DNA of 64,000 nt from IMG/VR virus record IMGVR_UViG_3300010346_001238; one strand, written 5' to 3'. This document shows positions 60,271-64,000 of the stretch, in pieces. Below the pieces are notes generated by a model, which saw only the letters and a list, made by a program, of their open reading frames with translations, was not told the DNA's origin and made no database searches. How positions within the stretch are numbered: the stretch's first letter is position 1; each line of letters opens with the position of its first letter. Source of the DNA: an uncultured virus (IMG/VR IMGVR_UViG_3300010346_001238). Its lineage: Duplodnaviria; Heunggongvirae; Uroviricota; Caudoviricetes. The translations under genes and the position numbers were made by a program.

Positions 60271-60321
60271 TTTTCAAAATAACTGCACTCTTTTTCGTTC
60301 GTCTCCACTATTTATTGTTGT

Positions 60322-61155
60322 ATGAAAATGACAACAATAGTTTGTGCTAATTGTAAAAAAAAGTGTGAAAAACCAACAAAGGAAATAACTCGTCAACGTA
60401 AACAAGGACGATTAAAATTTTATTGTTCATTATCATGTTCGTCGTCGAATACACAAATTACAACACACAAAATAATATCAAAATGTTTATGGTGTAAAAA
60501 TGATTTTTATACTACAACGCATAAAAATCATCGAAAATGCTGTAGTAAACTTTGTGCTTATAAATATTCAAGATCATTTGTTAATCCGCAAAAAATTTCA
60601 ACGTCATTAAAAGAATACAATAAACTTCATCCCCGCCATAAAATATATCCTATAGAAAAAACTTTTATATGTACAATATGTAAATTATCATTTATAAAAA
60701 CTATAAGATCACAATTTGAAACATATAAAACATGTGGAGATACATGTTATAGAAAACTTGTAAGTCAATGGACTCGTAATAATCCTAATTGTGGGGGGAA
60801 ACTTGGATATAGAAGATTTTTATATAAAGGATATAAAATGGATTCCCGGTGGGAAGTTGAACTGGCAAAATGGATGGACAATCGGAAAATAAAATGGAAT
60901 AGAAATAAAAAGCGATATATGTTTTGGTGGATTGATGAAAATGGAAATAGACGAAAATATTTTCCCGATTTTTATCTTCCTGATTATAAAGTGTATCTTG
61001 ATCCAAAAAATGCATATTATTTAAAACGAGATCTTCCAAAATTACAATATGTAATAAACACGTACAATATTATATTATTTTATGGAAATGTTGAAGATAT
61101 AAAAAATTCTATTGACAAACTATGGAAAAATGTTATAATTAAGGATGTAAATTAA
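60322..61155 (+). CDS. Zn-finger + PD-(D/E)XK nuclease, homing-endonuclease-like, paralog 1
   Basis: CxxC/CSxxC repeats; DSRWE..YFPDFYL..YLDPK. Confidence 0.75.
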   Translation: MKMTTIVCANCKKKCEKPTKEITRQRKQGRLKFYCSLSCSSSNTQITTHKIISKCLWCKNDFYTTTHKNHRKCCSKLCAYKYSRSFVNPQKISTSLKEYNKLHPRHKIYPIEKTFICTICKLSFIKTIRSQFETYKTCGDTCYRKLVSQWTRNNPNCGGKLGYRRFLYKGYKMDSRWEVELAKWMDNRKIKWNRNKKRYMFWWIDENGNRRKYFPDFYLPDYKVYLDPKNAYYLKRDLPKLQYVINTYNIILFYGNVEDIKNSIDKLWKNVIIKDVN

Positions 61156-61168
61156 ATAAAATTAAATT

Positions 61169-61768
61169 ATGGAAAATATAGGACTTTCAGAAAAAATAAT
61201 ATCATTATTAAATAAAACATTGGGAATGCAAAGTTTGGCCCAAATAATACATATCTGTCATTATGTGCTTGAAACAGAACCTCTCGGAGGAGTTATAGTT
61301 GAATTTGGATGTTATGCCGGAGACACCGCAAAAGTCATTACAGAATTAACAAATCGACCTGTACATGTATATGATAGTTTTCAAGGACTTCCCGATCACA
61401 ATGGATATATGCAAATGCCAAAGAAAATTTTAATAGAAAATTTTAAATATGATCGGGTAAAATTGCCACATATACATGAAGGATGGTTTAATGAATTAAA
61501 ACCCGAAGAAGTACCGGATCAAATATCATTTGCTCATTTGGATGGAGATTTATATGAAAGTATAAAAGATTCTCTTTTTCTTGTATATGACAAAATGATT
61601 AAAGATGGAATTATTTTAATAGACGATTATGACCATCCTAGATTTCCAGGCGTACGTAAAGCAGTTAATGAATTCATGATAAATAAACCTGAAGAAATTA
61701 GATTTCTCAATGAAATTCCACATGAAGTAATAGCAATTGGATCTAAAGCTTATATTAAAAAATTATAG
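61169..61768 (+). CDS. TylF/MycF-family O-methyltransferase
   Basis: VEFGCYAG, DSFQGLP, GWF, HLDGDLYES, IDDY. Confidence 0.88.
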   Translation: MENIGLSEKIISLLNKTLGMQSLAQIIHICHYVLETEPLGGVIVEFGCYAGDTAKVITELTNRPVHVYDSFQGLPDHNGYMQMPKKILIENFKYDRVKLPHIHEGWFNELKPEEVPDQISFAHLDGDLYESIKDSLFLVYDKMIKDGIILIDDYDHPRFPGVRKAVNEFMINKPEEIRFLNEIPHEVIAIGSKAYIKKL

Positions 61769-61790
61769 TTAATATATTTTACGGTTATAT

Positions 61791-62435
61791 ATGAAAATTA
61801 GGATTTATTCCTTATTGATTTTTTTGGTTTCATTTAATATTCTGTCGCAAACTCGGACAGTTACTACTACAAATTTATATTCCATACGATTTATTAATAA
61901 TGAACAATATACAAATATAATGTGCATTTGTAATTTCGGAGAAGTAATTAAAATCAATGAGTTTTTTCAGGGCGGAGATATTGGGGCACATCAAACCACT
62001 AAACATTGGATGGAAAATCGAACAATTATTACATTTGATTTAGATAATATACCGCTTGCAATTTCAAATAAAATGATTTCTAAAGCAACTTTAATTTTGG
62101 CATTGCAAAATCAACAAAACGGATTGCCAGGATCAAAAATAGATATACATATTTTTCATGATAAAAATTTAATAACTACAAATTATTGGGCCGAGGGAAT
62201 ATATTATTCAAGTTTTTTTGATGTGCCTAATGTACAGGAAATTGATATAACGGGAGCAGTAAAGTCGGCAAAACAAAACAATAATTCAATTTTAGGATTG
62301 CGAATGTCAACCGAATTGTATAATTTTAGTTGTATATTTATTAATCCATATTGGAAGACTAATAAAATTTCAATGGTATTAGATTATTCTCCTGCTAATA
62401 TTCCTCAAAAACCTAAATATTTAAAATCAATTTAA
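61791..62435 (+). CDS. secreted beta-rich protein
   Basis: Signal peptide; FDL..I.KATL.L..DIT.AV. Confidence 0.65.
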   Translation: MKIRIYSLLIFLVSFNILSQTRTVTTTNLYSIRFINNEQYTNIMCICNFGEVIKINEFFQGGDIGAHQTTKHWMENRTIITFDLDNIPLAISNKMISKATLILALQNQQNGLPGSKIDIHIFHDKNLITTNYWAEGIYYSSFFDVPNVQEIDITGAVKSAKQNNNSILGLRMSTELYNFSCIFINPYWKTNKISMVLDYSPANIPQKPKYLKSI

Positions 62436-62498
62436 GAATTTGCTTGACATTTTTTGAATTTCCATTATACTTATAGTCGTATAATAAATGATCTTTAT

Positions 62499-62570
62499 TG
62501 CGGGGGAGTGTGATGGTGCACGACAGTTTCATAAGCTGTAGGACCAGTTCGATTCTGGCGACCGCAACCA
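62499..62570 (+). tRNA. tRNA-Met(CAT), acceptor mismatches
   Basis: acagt-TTCATAA-gctgt, T-arm, CCA. Confidence 0.75.
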
Positions 62571-62634
62571 ATTTCATCTGGAAGTGATGGCAGAAAAATG
62601 TCTGACTCAATGTAGGCATCTCGTCATTTTTAAT

Positions 62635-62708
62635 GGGGCCGTAGTATAACGGTAGTACGGGACATTTGCAATGTTCAGGTAGGTGTTCGACTCACCCCGG
62701 CTCCACCA
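62635..62708 (+). tRNA. tRNA-Ala(TGC)
   Basis: G3:U70, cloverleaf, CCA. Confidence 0.9.
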
Positions 62709-62757
62709 TTCTTCAAGTATTCCAATTCATTTCTGTTTCTCTCCACTATTTATTGGT

Positions 62758-63549
62758 GTGAAAACCATACCAATAACTTGTCGGAAATGCAATGCTTCAT
62801 TCAAGATTAAATCTTCGGAATATAATCGGCAACTTCGAAACGGAAGAGATTATTTTTTCTGTTCTTTATCTTGTGCCCAATCTTATAATAAAACCACTAC
62901 GTTTAGGATAGTATCTACATGTGTATGGTGTAAACGAGATTTTGAAACATCTACTCATAAAAAAGCAAGACGATGTTGCTCGTTAGATTGTGCTCATAAA
63001 TATTCTCAATCGAAAGTTGATCCTGAAACTCATAGACTTTCTTTACAACGAAAAAAACATTTTCCAAAAGAAAAACAATTTATTTGTGTAATTTGTCACA
63101 GAGCGTTTATAAAAACTGTACTTTCCGATTCTAAACATTTTCAAGTATGTTCTCCGATATGCTGCAATGAACTACTTCGACAAAAAGCCATATCCAACCC
63201 AAATTGCGGCGGCGAAACCGGATATCGACACTACAAGTATCGGGACGTGTGGATGGATTCGGCATGGGAAGTAAATTTGGCAAAATGGATGGATGATAAT
63301 GGAATTTATTGGGAGCGCAGTAGAAAGCGTCATATGTTTTGGTGGACGGATGATGACGGTCAAAAACGACGATATTATCCAGATTTCTATCTACCGGATT
63401 ATGATGTCTATCTTGACCCCAAAAACAAATACCGAATGAAAATGGACGAATACAAATTGACAAAAGTTGTAAATGAAAATGGAATTCATCTCATTTGGGG
63501 AGAAATAGAGAATGTGAAAAAAGAAATTGACACTTTGCGTAGAATGTGA
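62758..63549 (+). CDS. Zn-finger + PD-(D/E)XK nuclease, paralog 2 (GTG start)
   Basis: Colinear with the 60322 ORF; DSAWE..YYPDFYL..YLDPK. Confidence 0.75.
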   Translation: MKTIPITCRKCNASFKIKSSEYNRQLRNGRDYFFCSLSCAQSYNKTTTFRIVSTCVWCKRDFETSTHKKARRCCSLDCAHKYSQSKVDPETHRLSLQRKKHFPKEKQFICVICHRAFIKTVLSDSKHFQVCSPICCNELLRQKAISNPNCGGETGYRHYKYRDVWMDSAWEVNLAKWMDDNGIYWERSRKRHMFWWTDDDGQKRRYYPDFYLPDYDVYLDPKNKYRMKMDEYKLTKVVNENGIHLIWGEIENVKKEIDTLRRM

Positions 63550-63599
63550 TATATGTATGGGAGTAATGACACTCCGAGGGCACTTCCCTTGAGTTCATT

Positions 63600-63673
63600 G
63601 GGGTTATCGTATAATGGTAGTACATGTGAATGGCATTCACAAAGTTGGGGTTCGACTCCCCATAACTCCACCA
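63600..63673 (+). tRNA. tRNA-Ala(GGC)
   Basis: G3:U70, cloverleaf, CCA. Confidence 0.9.
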
Positions 63674-63679
63674 GTTAAT

Positions 63680-64000
63680 ATGAAAATTAAAATTGTAACT
63701 TTAAGTGATAAAAATCGTAAAGAAATAAGTGATGTTACATTTCCAACGTTAGAAAAATTTTCTATTAATACTGGGATTGAATTAACACGACATACATCTC
63801 TTATAGATCCATCAATACATGCAAAATGGAATAAATTTTTATCTTTGAAATTGGAAATAGAAAAATATGACTGGATAATATGGATGGATTCAGATATATC
63901 AATTATAAATAAAAATTTTGATTTAAAAAATTATTTATCTACATTTGATAAAAGGACAAACTTTTTAATTTCAATGGATTGTAATGGGCCATGTACAGGG
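63680..64000 (+). CDS. GT34/Mnn10-like glycosyltransferase, partial
   Basis: Manual translation: KWNK..YDWIIWMDSD..D.NG.CTG. Confidence 0.75.
   Translation, partial: MKIKIVTLSDKNRKEISDVTFPTLEKFSINTGIELTRHTSLIDPSIHAKWNKFLSLKLEIEKYDWIIWMDSDISIINKNFDLKNYLSTFDKRTNFLISMDCNGPCTG

Noticed and set aside
44432..63671. Short ORFs overlapping tRNAs (e.g. 44432, 45075, 49980, 52292, 57187, 57349, 63486)
   Set aside because: Explained by tRNA genes
1..64000. Stop-codon reassignment or suppressor tRNA
   Set aside because: Genes are intact in code 11; no intact CTA/TTA/TCA-anticodon tRNA; the two broken genes are frameshifts

Overview
AT-rich fragment of a large (jumbo-like) dsDNA bacteriophage in standard genetic code. 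No capsid, terminase or polymerase gene lies in the window, so the phage call rests on gene content. (1) ~1-28.3 kb is an early/host-takeover-like region of many small ORFs in local paralog families. Most have their own TTGAC-N16/17-TATAAT promoter a few nt from the start codon. Intergenic spaces carry about 25-30 dif-like palindromes (TAAATAA-N6-TTATTTA), a polar TTCACCGAA motif and sigma54-like sites, and the region is bounded by two C-rich to G-rich skew switches. (2) 31.4-33.8 kb holds a minimal type V CRISPR locus: a TnpB/Cas12f-like nuclease with a rearranged RuvC (split at a C7 run), a putative tracrRNA, 6 repeats/5 spacers and no cas1/cas2, next to a histone-fold-like gene. (3) 35.5-64 kb is a translation-support region: tmRNA with a 30-codon tag, 39 of the window's 40 tRNAs (all 20 amino acids), 2 pseudo-tRNAs, a very compact RNase P RNA, several unexplained structured RNAs and a leader-peptide attenuator before the main tRNA array. 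Interspersed genes include Sir2, macrodomain, ART-like, ArdC-like, Hsp20, glycosyl/methyltransferases, two tRNA-Ala-linked nucleases and IS200/IS605-derived non-autonomous elements. An outer-membrane beta-barrel and an FN3 gene suggest a Gram-negative, possibly Verrucomicrobiota, host (inference). All calls are by eye; no searches were run.
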